From an uncultured Bifidobacteriaceae bacterium (lineage in GTDB: Bacteria; Actinomycetota; Acidimicrobiia; IMCC26256; JAENVU01): DNA of 64,000 nucleotides. The position numbers and the translations under genes are program-made. The stretch covers positions 9,602-73,601 of the forward strand of contig CAZXCB010000001.1 of the NCBI GenBank assembly GCA_964639075.1, given 5' to 3'. The notes under the pieces are model-generated. The model was given only the letters and a program-made list of their open reading frames with translations, searched no databases and was not told where the DNA came from. Positions 8,375-18,136 of the stretch are shown in pieces. How positions within the stretch are numbered: the first letter of the stretch is position 1; every line of letters begins with the position of its first letter.

Positions 8375-10102
8375 TCAGCCCGAGCGGGTCGGGAACCGCA
8401 TCCGCATGGTCGTCGTGCCGCGGTTGGCCCACTCCGCGTAGGGGACCGTCGGCACGGCGACCGGCCGCGGTGCGTCGCCAGCCCCGGTACCGGCGGGCCG
8501 GTGCAACGGTCGGTCGGGATCCCTCGCGACGACCGAGAACGCCCGGGCGGGCGGTGCGGCGGGGTCGACGACGAGGTCGCGCAGGTCGACGCGCGGCACG
8601 TCGACGCCTTCGACGCAGTGCACGACCGGGCCCCGCCGGAGATGGACCGATCCCGCGGCGCCCTCGACCCGGGCATCGGTCTCCCACCACTGCCAGTCGA
8701 TCGGGACCTCCACGCGACCGTCGGCGGCGAGCGGTTCGTGACCGCGACCCCCGGCCCATCCCGGCCGACGCACCCGGATCGTGCCGCCGGACGGCGCCCG
8801 GTGGGTCCGGATCCGGATCGCGCCGTCGTCGGGATACGCCGAGGTCACCTCGACGTCCCAACCCGCCCCCGTGATGCGGGACGCGAGGGGCATGTGGACC
8901 AGGAGATCACCGGCCGCGTCGACGCTCGCGACGTGGTCACCGACCGACGCGAACAGGCGCGCGAGGTTCGGTGGGCAGCACGGCACGACGAACCAACGAT
9001 GCCGGCGCGCCGGGAACCACGCCAGCGCCATCGCGTCGCCGTAGTCGAACGGGCTCACCCACGGGTTCGTCTCACCGGCCACCTCCGCGACCGCGTGCGG
9101 CTGCGAGTAGAACCACGTGTCGCCGGTCGCACCGACGCCGGCCGGCACCGCGTTGAACATGAGCAGCTCGATCTGGTCCAGCGCGCGCGGATCGGCGGTG
9201 AGTCGCCACGCGCGCTCGCAGAGCTGGACCGCGGCCACGGCCGCGCAGCTCTCCGCGTAGGCCATCGCGTCGGGGAGCTCGAAGGGCTTGCCCACCGCCT
9301 CGCCCAGCCAGCGGCCGCCGACCGCGCCGGTCGGGTAGGAGTGCTCGGCCAGCAGTGAGTCGAACAGGCCGACCGTCGCGCCGGTCCAGGTCGGGTCGCC
9401 GGTCGCGAGCGCGACCTCGGCGATCGCGGACGCGAGGTACAGCGCGCGCACCGCGTGCCCGTCGAGCCGGAACTCCGCCACGGACGAGCCCGACTCGCGC
9501 AGGCGCTGCTCGACGACCCAACGGGCGTGGTCGAGGTAGCGCGCCTCGCCGGTGGCGTCGGCGAGGCGGGCCAGCGCGAGCTCGACCTCGGGGTGCGCGT
9601 CGGTGCGCTCGTCCCGGCCCGGCCCGAACGTGTCGCAGAGGTGGTCGGCGAGCCGGGTCGCGACGCGCAGCAGGCGATCCGATCCCGTCACGCGGTGGTG
9701 CGAGACCGCGGCCTCGATGAGATGACCCGCGCAGTAGTGCTCGTGGCCGAAGTCGAGGTCGGCGTAACGCCCGATCGAACCGGACCCGGTGTCGTAGTAC
9801 GTGTGGACGTAGCCGTCGTCGTGCTGGACCGCCTCGATGAGATCGATCACCGGATCGGCGAGGTCGGCGCGACCCGCGAGCACCGCGGCCTCGAGCCACT
9901 TGGAGAGGTCGGAGTCGCTGAAGTGCATCGCGCGCCGCTCGACGTCGGCGTCGCCGACCAGGCGCCGGAAGTTGTCGACGACGCCCTGGGCCTCGAGCCG
10001 CTCGAGCATTACGGGCAGCGTGTGCGCGCCCAGCTGCTCGATCCGCGGTGCCCAGAACGAGTCGCGCAGCTCGACGCTCGGACCCGCCGCGCGATCACGC
10101 AC
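8375..10102 (-). CDS. Glycoside hydrolase family 127 (DUF1680, beta-L-arabinofuranosidase-like)
   Basis: C-terminal 575 codons of ORF 8375..10504, GTG at 10100-10102. HYCAGHLIEA and the Zn-site-type VVPCCPPN motif. Overlaps the upstream gene stop (10095-10097) by 8 nt. Confidence 0.85.
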   Translation of the reverse strand: MRDRAAGPSVELRDSFWAPRIEQLGAHTLPVMLERLEAQGVVDNFRRLVGDADVERRAMHFSDSDLSKWLEAAVLAGRADLADPVIDLIEAVQHDDGYVHTYYDTGSGSIGRYADLDFGHEHYCAGHLIEAAVSHHRVTGSDRLLRVATRLADHLCDTFGPGRDERTDAHPEVELALARLADATGEARYLDHARWVVEQRLRESGSSVAEFRLDGHAVRALYLASAIAEVALATGDPTWTGATVGLFDSLLAEHSYPTGAVGGRWLGEAVGKPFELPDAMAYAESCAAVAAVQLCERAWRLTADPRALDQIELLMFNAVPAGVGATGDTWFYSQPHAVAEVAGETNPWVSPFDYGDAMALAWFPARRHRWFVVPCCPPNLARLFASVGDHVASVDAAGDLLVHMPLASRITGAGWDVEVTSAYPDDGAIRIRTHRAPSGGTIRVRRPGWAGGRGHEPLAADGRVEVPIDWQWWETDARVEGAAGSVHLRRGPVVHCVEGVDVPRVDLRDLVVDPAAPPARAFSVVARDPDRPLHRPAGTGAGDAPRPVAVPTVPYAEWANRGTTTMRMRFPTRSG

Positions 10103-11783
10103 CGGACTGCTTCGCGCCCTCGCGCGCGGTCCGTCCGGCGGCGCGACGTGCCCGCAACGCCGCGCCCCGACTCCACTCGAGGGGGTCGAAGTCGGCGGGG
10201 TCGGCGGGGATCGCGGTCGGGTCCTGCACGAGTCGGGTCCCCATGACCATCTCGACGAGGAGCGGCCGATCGAGGATCTCGCCCGCGGCCGCGACGCCGC
10301 CGGCGACGGTTCCGCCGATGCCGTGGCCCGAGACCGTGCCCTGGCCGACGAGCCACAGACCCTCGATCTCGGTGCGGTGGTGCGGGCGGAGATCACCACT
10401 CTGCTCCGGCGAGTGGACCCAGCCGTAGCTCGTCCCGCCGGTCGACCCGGTGTAGCGCTCCTGGGTGGCGGGGGTCGCGGTCTCGATGTGCACGATGTGA
10501 TCACGGAACGGTCCGAGCACCCGCTCGGCCGCGTCCACGAGCGCGTCCGTGAGCTGCGCCTTCCGATCGCGGTAGCCCGGGTCCCGCCGGTAGGGACCGC
10601 CCTCGAGCGGGCCGTCGTCGAGCCCCCACCAGGCCCAGCCGCGTGGCGCCAACGTCATGATCTGGAAGTTCGTGTGCCCGGGCGGGCACAGGTGCGCGTT
10701 CGCCGGGTCCTTGCGCGAGGCCATCGCGACGTACGCGAACGTACCTCCGGCCGGAAGCTCACCCGCGTCGAGCGTGTCGTAGATCCCGTCGGTCTCGTAG
10801 TCGGGGAACAGGAAGTAGTTCGTGTTCGGTCCGGTGAGCTCGACGTCGACGACCACGTAGACGCACACCAGTCCGACGGTCATCTGCGCACGCTCCACCC
10901 AGCGGGGCGTGTCGGGATCCCACTGGTCGCGGTCGACCAGCTCGAGCACGGTGCGCGCGTGATCGGCATTGGAGAGGACGAGCGGCGCCTCGATCACGGT
11001 GCCGTCCACGAGGCGGACGCCGCGCGCGACGCGGTGCTCGACGACGATGTGGTCGACCGGCGTGAGCGTGCGCACCTCGCCGCCGAACGCCTCGATCACC
11101 TGCACGAGCCGGGCCGGTATGACCTGGCCCCCGCCCTCGGGGTAGTAGGCACCGCGCATGTAGTGGTCGACGATCATCGCGTGCATCGCGATCGCCGTGT
11201 GCCGGGGTCCGCTCCCGTAGAGGCCCGACCAGTGGTCGAGCACGGCCCGGGCGCGTGGCGAGATCTCGCACGTGTCGAACAGCTCCGACAAGGCCCGGAA
11301 CGCCCATCGGTCGAAGGTCGGGGTCTCGGCACCGGGCAGCAGCCGGGCCCGCGACTCCTCGGCGACCGCGTGCAGCACCTCCACGCAGCGCTCGACCCCG
11401 GCGCGATCGTCGGGGAACGCCTCCACGAGGCGGTCGCGGTACTCGTCCCAGCCCGCGGGCACCCGGAAGGTCAGGTCCGGGAACTCGAGCGTGTCGAAGC
11501 CGTCGGGATCGAGCGGCCGCCACCGCACCCGGTCGCCGACCCCGAGACTGCCGAGCACCGAGGGCAGGAGCCCACCGGGACCGCAGTCACCCACGTAGTG
11601 CAGTCCGACGTCGAACTCGTACTCGTCGCCCGCGTGATGGCGCCGGAAGACCTGGCAGTTGCCGCCCGCGACGTCGTGACGCTCCACCACGAGCACGCGC
11701 CGGCCCGCGGCCGCGAGGCACGCGCCGGCGGTGAGCCCGCCGGGACCCGAGCCGACCACCACCACGTCCCAGTGCTCCGCCAT
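10095..11783 (-). CDS. NAD(P)/FAD-dependent oxidoreductase, phytoene-desaturase (CrtI) family
   Basis: ORF 10095..11783. N-terminal dinucleotide fold VVVVGSGPGGLTAGACLAAAGRRVLVVE. Confidence 0.85.
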   Translation of the reverse strand: MAEHWDVVVVGSGPGGLTAGACLAAAGRRVLVVERHDVAGGNCQVFRRHHAGDEYEFDVGLHYVGDCGPGGLLPSVLGSLGVGDRVRWRPLDPDGFDTLEFPDLTFRVPAGWDEYRDRLVEAFPDDRAGVERCVEVLHAVAEESRARLLPGAETPTFDRWAFRALSELFDTCEISPRARAVLDHWSGLYGSGPRHTAIAMHAMIVDHYMRGAYYPEGGGQVIPARLVQVIEAFGGEVRTLTPVDHIVVEHRVARGVRLVDGTVIEAPLVLSNADHARTVLELVDRDQWDPDTPRWVERAQMTVGLVCVYVVVDVELTGPNTNYFLFPDYETDGIYDTLDAGELPAGGTFAYVAMASRKDPANAHLCPPGHTNFQIMTLAPRGWAWWGLDDGPLEGGPYRRDPGYRDRKAQLTDALVDAAERVLGPFRDHIVHIETATPATQERYTGSTGGTSYGWVHSPEQSGDLRPHHRTEIEGLWLVGQGTVSGHGIGGTVAGGVAAAGEILDRPLLVEMVMGTRLVQDPTAIPADPADFDPLEWSRGAALRARRAAGRTAREGAKQSGA

Positions 11784-11801
11784 GACGCCTCCTCGGAGGC
11801 G

Positions 11802-12611
11802 CTACTCGGCCTCGACGCCCTCAGCTTCGCGCTCACCGGTCTGGAATGCGTCGCCACCCGTGGCGAGCTTCCACACGACCGCGCCGACGACCCCACCGAT
11901 CAGCGGGGCGACGATGAACAACCACAGCTGCGAGAGCGCGGTCCCGCCCTCGAAGACGGCCGGGCCGAGCGAGCGGGCCGGGTTCACGCTCGTGTTCGTG
12001 ATCGGGATCGAGATCAGGTGGATCAGCGTGAGCATGAGGCCGATGCCGAGCGCGGCCATGCCCTTGGACGCGGCCTTGGTGGTGACACCGAGGATGACGA
12101 CGAGGAACAGCGCGGTGAGCAGAGCCTCCGCGATGAAGGCGCCCGTGAGGTCGTAGAAGATGCGGCCGCCGTGCTGGCCGTAGGCGTTCGACGCGAACGA
12201 GCCCTGGGTGATGGTGAAGCCACCGGGACGGCTGGACTGGATCGCCCACAGCGCGCCAACCGCGGCGATCGCGCCGACGCACTGCACGACGACGTACGCC
12301 GGGACCTCGCGCCACTCGAAGCGCTTGGCGGTCGCGAGGCCGATCGACACCGCGGGATTGAAGTGGCCCCCGGACACGTGTCCGAGCGCGTACGCGCTGC
12401 ACAGCACCGTGAGACCGAACGCGAGGCTGACGCCGAGGTAGCCGATGCCGGAGTTCACGACACCCGCGGCGCCGATCTTGACGGCGCCGACGAAGACGTC
12501 GTTGCGGGCCGGGGTCAGCGCCTTGGCCGCGAAGATCGCAGCCCCGCAGCCACCGAAGACCAACACGAACGTGCCGATGAGCTCGGCACCGAGCTTCTTG
12601 GCGAGCGCCAT
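11802..12611 (-). CDS. aqpZ: Aquaporin Z / MIP-family channel
   Basis: ORF 11802..12611. Two NPA boxes (HFNPAVS, VNPARS) and six TM helices. Confidence 0.9.
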   Translation of the reverse strand: MALAKKLGAELIGTFVLVFGGCGAAIFAAKALTPARNDVFVGAVKIGAAGVVNSGIGYLGVSLAFGLTVLCSAYALGHVSGGHFNPAVSIGLATAKRFEWREVPAYVVVQCVGAIAAVGALWAIQSSRPGGFTITQGSFASNAYGQHGGRIFYDLTGAFIAEALLTALFLVVILGVTTKAASKGMAALGIGLMLTLIHLISIPITNTSVNPARSLGPAVFEGGTALSQLWLFIVAPLIGGVVGAVVWKLATGGDAFQTGEREAEGVEAE

Positions 12612-12702
12612 GGGATTCCCTCTTTCGAGATCAGGCCGCCCGCCGGCGTGGAACTCTACGGGTGTGGGCGCCCGATGGCACGGAATTCCTCGGCGCGCCC
12701 CA

Positions 12703-14187
12703 TCAGGAGAGGGTCATCGTGCCGTCCGCCGTCACCCGCGCCGGCGTCCCGGCGACGTCGTCGGTGACGAAGCGTCGCATGAGGTCCGGATCGGTCGAAC
12801 CACCCCAGACGCGCACACCGTCGGGCGTCAGCGTGGCGGCGATGGCGCGGTCGGGCTCGCCGTCGCGGTCGTGCATCACCGTCCAGGCCTCGATCGTGAC
12901 CGGACCGTCGTAGTCCAGCGAGGCGCCGCGCCGGCCGCGCGCGTCGATCTCGTCCTGAGGGTGCTCGTGGCGGAACCCGCCCGTCGGCGGCTCGGTCGAG
13001 TAGACGCCGAACGCGTGCTTCTGCACGCTCCCGCCGTTGGCGGTCACCAACCCGAGGCTCCGCGGGTCCTCGCGCAGCACGCCGACCATCGTCGCGATCG
13101 CGTGGCTCACCGGGTTGTTCCACGGGCCACCCGCGAAGCAGAGCCCGCCGTACACGGTGAGACGCCGCCGCGGATCGATGCGGAGCTCCTTGCACGCGAG
13201 CTGCACGGCCGACGGGAAGCACGAGTAGAGGTCGAGATGTGCAAGGTCGTCGACGCCGACGCCCGCGAGCTGCAGCGCCCGGTTCCCCGCGATGCCGATG
13301 GCCGGCGACGCGGTGAACGCGAGCCGCTCGGACATGAACGGGTCGTAGCCGTCCGTCCCCGCGAGCGGGAACACCCAGCGGTCGCGCGACACCCCGAGGT
13401 CCCGGGCGCGCTCGACCGACGCGAGGATGCACCCGGCGGCCATGTCGACGTCGGGGTTCGACACCATCCGCTTCGTGTAGGGAGAGCCGATCATCCGGTT
13501 CTCCGCGGTCGGCGTCGTGATCTCCTCCGCCGTGAAGGACTCGCGCCGCCAGGCGTAGGGGTTCCCGGCCGCGACCACCGAGAAGTCGGCCCACATGCGG
13601 CCGACCTCGGCGAGGTGCTCGGCGAGCGTCCGTCCCGACGCGTGCCACAGCGCGTTCTCGTACATGGGGTACATGGCCGTGGCCGCGAGCACGCCACGCG
13701 CGGCCTCGGCCGGATGGAACATCTCGGTGATCGACACACCGTCGGACCACGTGGGCGTCACCTCGTCGGCCTGGCGGACCCAATCCGGCTCGGCGCCGGC
13801 CTTCTTGGCCTGCATCCGCGTGCGGAACGCCTCACCACCGACGACGACGCCCAGGTCCGTCTCGCCGCGCGCGATCGCGCCCGCGAGCCGGTTGACAAGC
13901 ATCTGGGGGGTGTTGCCGCCCATCGACGGGAACCACGTCGCGGCGTCGGTCGCGCCGATCCCGTCGGCCACGAGCCGGCCCGGGTCGCGGTAGCGCCACG
14001 AGAAGGGTGGCACGACCGCCACGATCTCGGCGTCGGTCGACGCGCGCGTCGTGCCGGCGTCGGCCGCCGCGAGGCGCGTCACCTCGGTCATGAGCTCGTG
14101 GGGTTCGAGCGGCTCTTCGCCCTCGTCGACGCGGTTGACGAGCTGCCCGACGCCGATGATCACCGGCGTGCGCGGATCGATGGTCAT
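12703..14187 (-). CDS. Thiolase-like protein (acetyl-CoA acetyltransferase / SCP-x-type)
   Basis: ORF 12703..14250. Internal ATG at 14185-14187 (MTIDPRTPVIIGVGQ) is preceded by GAGAGGA. LDLYSCFPSAVQ and GGLCFAGGPWNN motifs. Confidence 0.8.
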   Translation of the reverse strand: MTIDPRTPVIIGVGQLVNRVDEGEEPLEPHELMTEVTRLAAADAGTTRASTDAEIVAVVPPFSWRYRDPGRLVADGIGATDAATWFPSMGGNTPQMLVNRLAGAIARGETDLGVVVGGEAFRTRMQAKKAGAEPDWVRQADEVTPTWSDGVSITEMFHPAEAARGVLAATAMYPMYENALWHASGRTLAEHLAEVGRMWADFSVVAAGNPYAWRRESFTAEEITTPTAENRMIGSPYTKRMVSNPDVDMAAGCILASVERARDLGVSRDRWVFPLAGTDGYDPFMSERLAFTASPAIGIAGNRALQLAGVGVDDLAHLDLYSCFPSAVQLACKELRIDPRRRLTVYGGLCFAGGPWNNPVSHAIATMVGVLREDPRSLGLVTANGGSVQKHAFGVYSTEPPTGGFRHEHPQDEIDARGRRGASLDYDGPVTIEAWTVMHDRDGEPDRAIAATLTPDGVRVWGGSTDPDLMRRFVTDDVAGTPARVTADGTMTLS

Positions 14188-14224
14188 GATTCCTCTCGGA
14201 CGCCGCGCGACGGATCGGCGGGAG

Positions 14225-14503
14225 TCAGGCGCGGCGTTCGGCGCGGTCACGCAGGCGACGACCGATCGCGTACGCCACGAACGCGAGCACGACCACGGCG
14301 ATCACCACGGGGATCGCGCGCCGCAGCGCGCTGACGGCCGCGTGCTCGACGGTCTCCTCGAGCACCTCGAGGTCGTGCTCGAGCTCGCGCAGATGCCGCT
14401 CGTGGGGCGTCTCGGGCGCGGCGGTCTCGGGCGCGGCTGTCTCGGGCGCGGCGGGCTCGGACCCGTTCGGGGCACCGTCAGGGGGCGGGGCGCTGGATTC
14501 CAT
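14225..14503 (-). CDS. Small C-terminally membrane-anchored protein with (AAPET)3 repeat
   Basis: Last 92 codons of ORF 14225..14935, ATG at 14501-14503. Acidic coiled segment followed by one TM helix (IPVVIAVVVLAFVAYAIG). Confidence 0.5.
   Translation of the reverse strand: MESSAPPPDGAPNGSEPAAPETAAPETAAPETPHERHLRELEHDLEVLEETVEHAAVSALRRAIPVVIAVVVLAFVAYAIGRRLRDRAERRA
14409..14453. repeat. 15-bp tandem repeat x3 (gtctcgggcgcggcg), coding
   Basis: Read directly from the sequence. The middle copy has one substitution. Encodes AAPET x3 on the minus strand. Confidence 0.8.
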
Positions 14504-14591
14504 GCGGGGGAGTCTCCACTCCCGGGCCGCACACCGCCAACCGACGGGCCGATCGGCGCGGCACGGGTTGAGGCCCCGAGCGCGATCGTCT

Positions 14592-15671
14592 ATGACCGCG
14601 CCGATGACGGACTTCCTCACGGGAATGCGGGTGCTCGACCTGTCCGTGTGGCGCCCGATGCCGCACGCGACGCAGATCCTGGCGGACCTCGGCGCGGAGG
14701 TATTGAAGGTCGAACCACCCGGTGGCGACCCGATGCGGGGGTACCCGGAGATCTTCGCGTCGGTCGCGCGCGGCAAGCGCAGCATCGAGCTGGACCTGCG
14801 GACGCCGGCCGGGCGGGACCGCGCGCTCGCGCTCGCCGCCGAGGCCGACGTCGTCTGCGAGGCCTGGCGGCCGGGCGTGGCCGATCGTCTCGGCGTCGGG
14901 TACGAGTCCGTACGGGCCCGTCGCCCGGACGTCATCTACTGCTCGCTCTCCGGGTACGGAGCCGAAGGGCCGCTCCGTGACACCCCGGGCCACGACGTGA
15001 ACTTCCAGGCGCTGGCGGGCGCCCTGGCCGCGCGCGCCGGCAGCCCCGATGTTCCCCGCCTGCCCGTCGCGGACCTCGAGGGCGGCACGGTCTGCGCGCT
15101 GCTCGTGTGCGCGGCCTGGGCGCGTCGAGTGAGCTCGGGCGTCGGTGAGCGCATCGACGTGGCGATGACCGACGTCGTGGCATGGTGGGTCGGCACGACC
15201 ACCGGCGTCGTCCACACCGACGCCGCGGGACCCACGTTCGGGTCGCCGGGCTACGGGACGTTCCGCACGCTCGACGGCGAGTGGCTCGCGCTCGGCGTGC
15301 TCGGTGAGCAGCGGCTCTGGGACGCGATCGCGCGCGCGCTCGACCTCTCCGGGCTGGTCGGGCTCGAGTTCGCCGATCGGCTCGCACGCACGGCGGAGGT
15401 GAACGACGCCATCGCGCGCGCGATCGCGTCGCTCGATAGCGAGGACGCGCTCACGCGCCTGGAGTCCGAGGGTGCGCCCGTCTCCCCGGTCCTCACGCCG
15501 GAGCAGGCGGCCGCACACCCGCAGCTGCGCGGCCGCGGCATCCACGTCCCGACCGTCGCCGGGACCGTGGTCGGTCTCCCGGCTCGTCTCGGCGGCGCGA
15601 CGCCGGAGCGATCCGCCACCCTCCCCGGCATCGGCGCCCATCCCGAGGGGTTCGGACCCCGCACCGGCTGA
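14592..15671 (+). CDS. CoA-transferase family III (CaiB/BaiF)
   Basis: ORF 14502..15671, ATG at 14592 (MTAPMTDFLTGMRVLDLS). GAEVLKVEPPGGDP motif. Confidence 0.85.
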   Translation: MTAPMTDFLTGMRVLDLSVWRPMPHATQILADLGAEVLKVEPPGGDPMRGYPEIFASVARGKRSIELDLRTPAGRDRALALAAEADVVCEAWRPGVADRLGVGYESVRARRPDVIYCSLSGYGAEGPLRDTPGHDVNFQALAGALAARAGSPDVPRLPVADLEGGTVCALLVCAAWARRVSSGVGERIDVAMTDVVAWWVGTTTGVVHTDAAGPTFGSPGYGTFRTLDGEWLALGVLGEQRLWDAIARALDLSGLVGLEFADRLARTAEVNDAIARAIASLDSEDALTRLESEGAPVSPVLTPEQAAAHPQLRGRGIHVPTVAGTVVGLPARLGGATPERSATLPGIGAHPEGFGPRTG

Positions 15672-15715
15672 CCCGGTGGCCCGACGTGCTCGGCGCACGG
15701 GTCGGCCGGCAGCGA

Positions 15716-18016
15716 TCAGTCCTCGTCGAACACCGTGACGGTGCCGGTCGGCCGGGCCAGCGCGAGCGCGCTCGCGCTGTCGAGCACGACGGTGAGCCCC
15801 TCGGCTCCCTCGATCGACGTGTCACCGTTGACGACGACGGTGATGACACCCGTCCGCTTGCCGGCGACGATGTTCAGGGTTCCCGTCTTGCCCGTGTAGT
15901 CGCCGTCGTTGGTCGCGGTCCCGTTCACCGTGTGGTACCTGACGACCGTCGTCGTCGCCTGACTCGCCGACAGCGTCACGGTGAGGGTCACCGACTTCGC
16001 GCCGGTGTCGCCCTCGATCACCGACGTGTCGCCGATCGAAGCGCCGAGCGCGGGGGCGGTGTCGTCGTCGACGATCTTGCCGATCGCGGTGTCACGGTCG
16101 GTCGGGACGCCGGAGGTCCCCGTGCCGGTGACCTCGAGCTTGAACGTCTCGGTCCCCTCGGGCGTGATGTCGCCCTTGACGGGGATCGAGATCTTGGCGG
16201 TCACGGCACCCGCGGCGATGGAGGTCGTCGCGGTCTTGGCGGTGTAGTCGGACCCCGCGGCCGCGGTACGGGCGACGGTCTGGTACTGCACCGGCGTGCT
16301 CGTCGCGCTCGGAGCTGAGAGCGTGACGGTGAACACGGCGTTCTGCGTGCCACCGTTGCCCTCGACGAGCGTGGCGTCTCCGACCGAGATCGACGGAGTG
16401 ACGGCGGTGTCGTCGTCGAGCACGGTCGCGCTCGCCTGGGTCGTCCCTTGCGCGGCGCCGTTCACCGAGTTGACCGACAGGCCCAGCGTCTCGTCGCCCT
16501 CGACCGTCGCGTCACCCGCGACGACGACCGAGACGGTCGCCGACGTCTTGCCGGCACCGATCGAGACGGTTCCCGCCTTGGCCGTGTAGTCCGAACCCGC
16601 CGTCGCGGTTCCGGCGACGGTGGAATAGGACACCGTCGTCGTCGACAGGCGGGCGGCCGAGAGCACGACGCCGAACTTCAGGGTGTGAGTCGTCCCCGCC
16701 TTGCCCTCGTACGTCGACGCATCGGCCACGTAGACCGTGGTCGCGTCGGGCATGAAGGTCGCGGTCACGCCGGTCAGGCCGTTCGTGGTCACGTCACACG
16801 TGGAGGACGAGCCGGTGCACGCTCCGGACCAGCCCTGGAGGTGGTAGCCCGGGTTCGGGCTCGCGGTCAGGTGCACGACCGTCCCCCCGTCCACCGCGGT
16901 GAAGCACGTGGACCCGCAGTCGATCTCGCCCGGGTTCGCGTTCGCGGTTGCGCTGCTCGACACGGTGCCACCGTCGGTCGACACGCCCGGACCGGTCTTG
17001 ACGGTCACGTTCAGGGTCGCCCGGTTGACACCGGTGCCCAGGTTCGCGGCGACCATCTGCCGAGCGATCATCGTGCCGACGAAGTTGTTGCAGTTGTCCG
17101 GGTCACCGGGGGTCTCGTTGCACGTGATCGAGTTGTCGACCGGGTCGACGGGTCCCGTGTACCGGTACGTCTCGGTGACCGTCACGCTCGCCTGGTCGCC
17201 CGGATCGATCGGGTCGTCGGGCTCGGTCTCGGTCCCCTGGTTCGTGCCCGGGTCGGGCTGGAAGAGCTCGGCGACGGAGGAGATCTGCGAGTTCGCGATC
17301 GCGCTCTGGACCTCGGGATCCGTCGCGAGGAGCTGGTTCACGTCGACCGGGTTCGGGCTCGACGCCTGGTACTTCACCACCCAGACCGCGTCCGGGAACT
17401 GTGGTTCGGACGGTTCGGGCACGACGGCCGGCGCGATCTCCGCGCGGACGACCTCCCCGGTCGGCGTCGCCACCACCCGCGGCACCACCGCGGCGACACC
17501 CGGCTGGACGAAGTAGTTGCCGGTCGTGGTCCCGCCGTACGGCGTCAGCACGCCGGTCGAGCCCGCCGACGAGCCGCCGAGGTCGCAGAGCCAGGAGTAC
17601 CGCTGCGCCCCCACCGAGCCGTTGACGTGGACGCCGAAGTGGTTGACGCTGCCGATCGGCGTCCTCGCGCTCCACGCGCCGTTGACGTAGTTGGCCGAGT
17701 AGCGCACGACCACGCCGGAGTGTCCGTTCGGGAAGGTCGTGTTCACGGCGGGCTTGGCGGAGCCGTACGGGTTGCCCGGCCACGTGTAGCTGATCTGGGA
17801 GTCGGTGATGTCCTCGATCTCGACCTCGAACCCCTCGCACTCCTTGTCGGTCCCGTTCGCGACGTCGAAGTTCGTGGCGTACCCGAGGATCGTCGGTGAC
17901 GAGGCGTGCGCCGCGCGCTCCGCGAACCCGATCAGCCCGCCGCACACGGCGATCGCGGCGAGCGTGATGCGCAGGACGCGGCGCGCCGGAGCGACCGGCG
18001 AGAAGCAGGCGAGCAT
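15716..18016 (-). CDS. Secreted protein: unknown N-terminal module, Cys-bounded InlB-B-repeat-like domain, three Calx-beta domains
   Basis: ORF 15716..18064, ATG at 18014-18016 giving a signal peptide (...FAERAAHA). GWSGACTGSSSTCDV repeat. Three units of type GSDYTAK...I.V.GD...EG.E.F, each ending in DDD/DED. Confidence 0.85.
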   Translation of the reverse strand: MLACFSPVAPARRVLRITLAAIAVCGGLIGFAERAAHASSPTILGYATNFDVANGTDKECEGFEVEIEDITDSQISYTWPGNPYGSAKPAVNTTFPNGHSGVVVRYSANYVNGAWSARTPIGSVNHFGVHVNGSVGAQRYSWLCDLGGSSAGSTGVLTPYGGTTTGNYFVQPGVAAVVPRVVATPTGEVVRAEIAPAVVPEPSEPQFPDAVWVVKYQASSPNPVDVNQLLATDPEVQSAIANSQISSVAELFQPDPGTNQGTETEPDDPIDPGDQASVTVTETYRYTGPVDPVDNSITCNETPGDPDNCNNFVGTMIARQMVAANLGTGVNRATLNVTVKTGPGVSTDGGTVSSSATANANPGEIDCGSTCFTAVDGGTVVHLTASPNPGYHLQGWSGACTGSSSTCDVTTNGLTGVTATFMPDATTVYVADASTYEGKAGTTHTLKFGVVLSAARLSTTTVSYSTVAGTATAGSDYTAKAGTVSIGAGKTSATVSVVVAGDATVEGDETLGLSVNSVNGAAQGTTQASATVLDDDTAVTPSISVGDATLVEGNGGTQNAVFTVTLSAPSATSTPVQYQTVARTAAAGSDYTAKTATTSIAAGAVTAKISIPVKGDITPEGTETFKLEVTGTGTSGVPTDRDTAIGKIVDDDTAPALGASIGDTSVIEGDTGAKSVTLTVTLSASQATTTVVRYHTVNGTATNDGDYTGKTGTLNIVAGKRTGVITVVVNGDTSIEGAEGLTVVLDSASALALARPTGTVTVFDED

Positions 18017-18136
18017 GTGAGACCCCCAGACGGCACCCGATGAACCGAGCGAATCGTCCACCACCGCATCACAAGGGAACCTCCCGACTCGGCAAGCATT
18101 CGGCCAAGTCGGCGCCGCGCGATCCCGGTCCGACGC

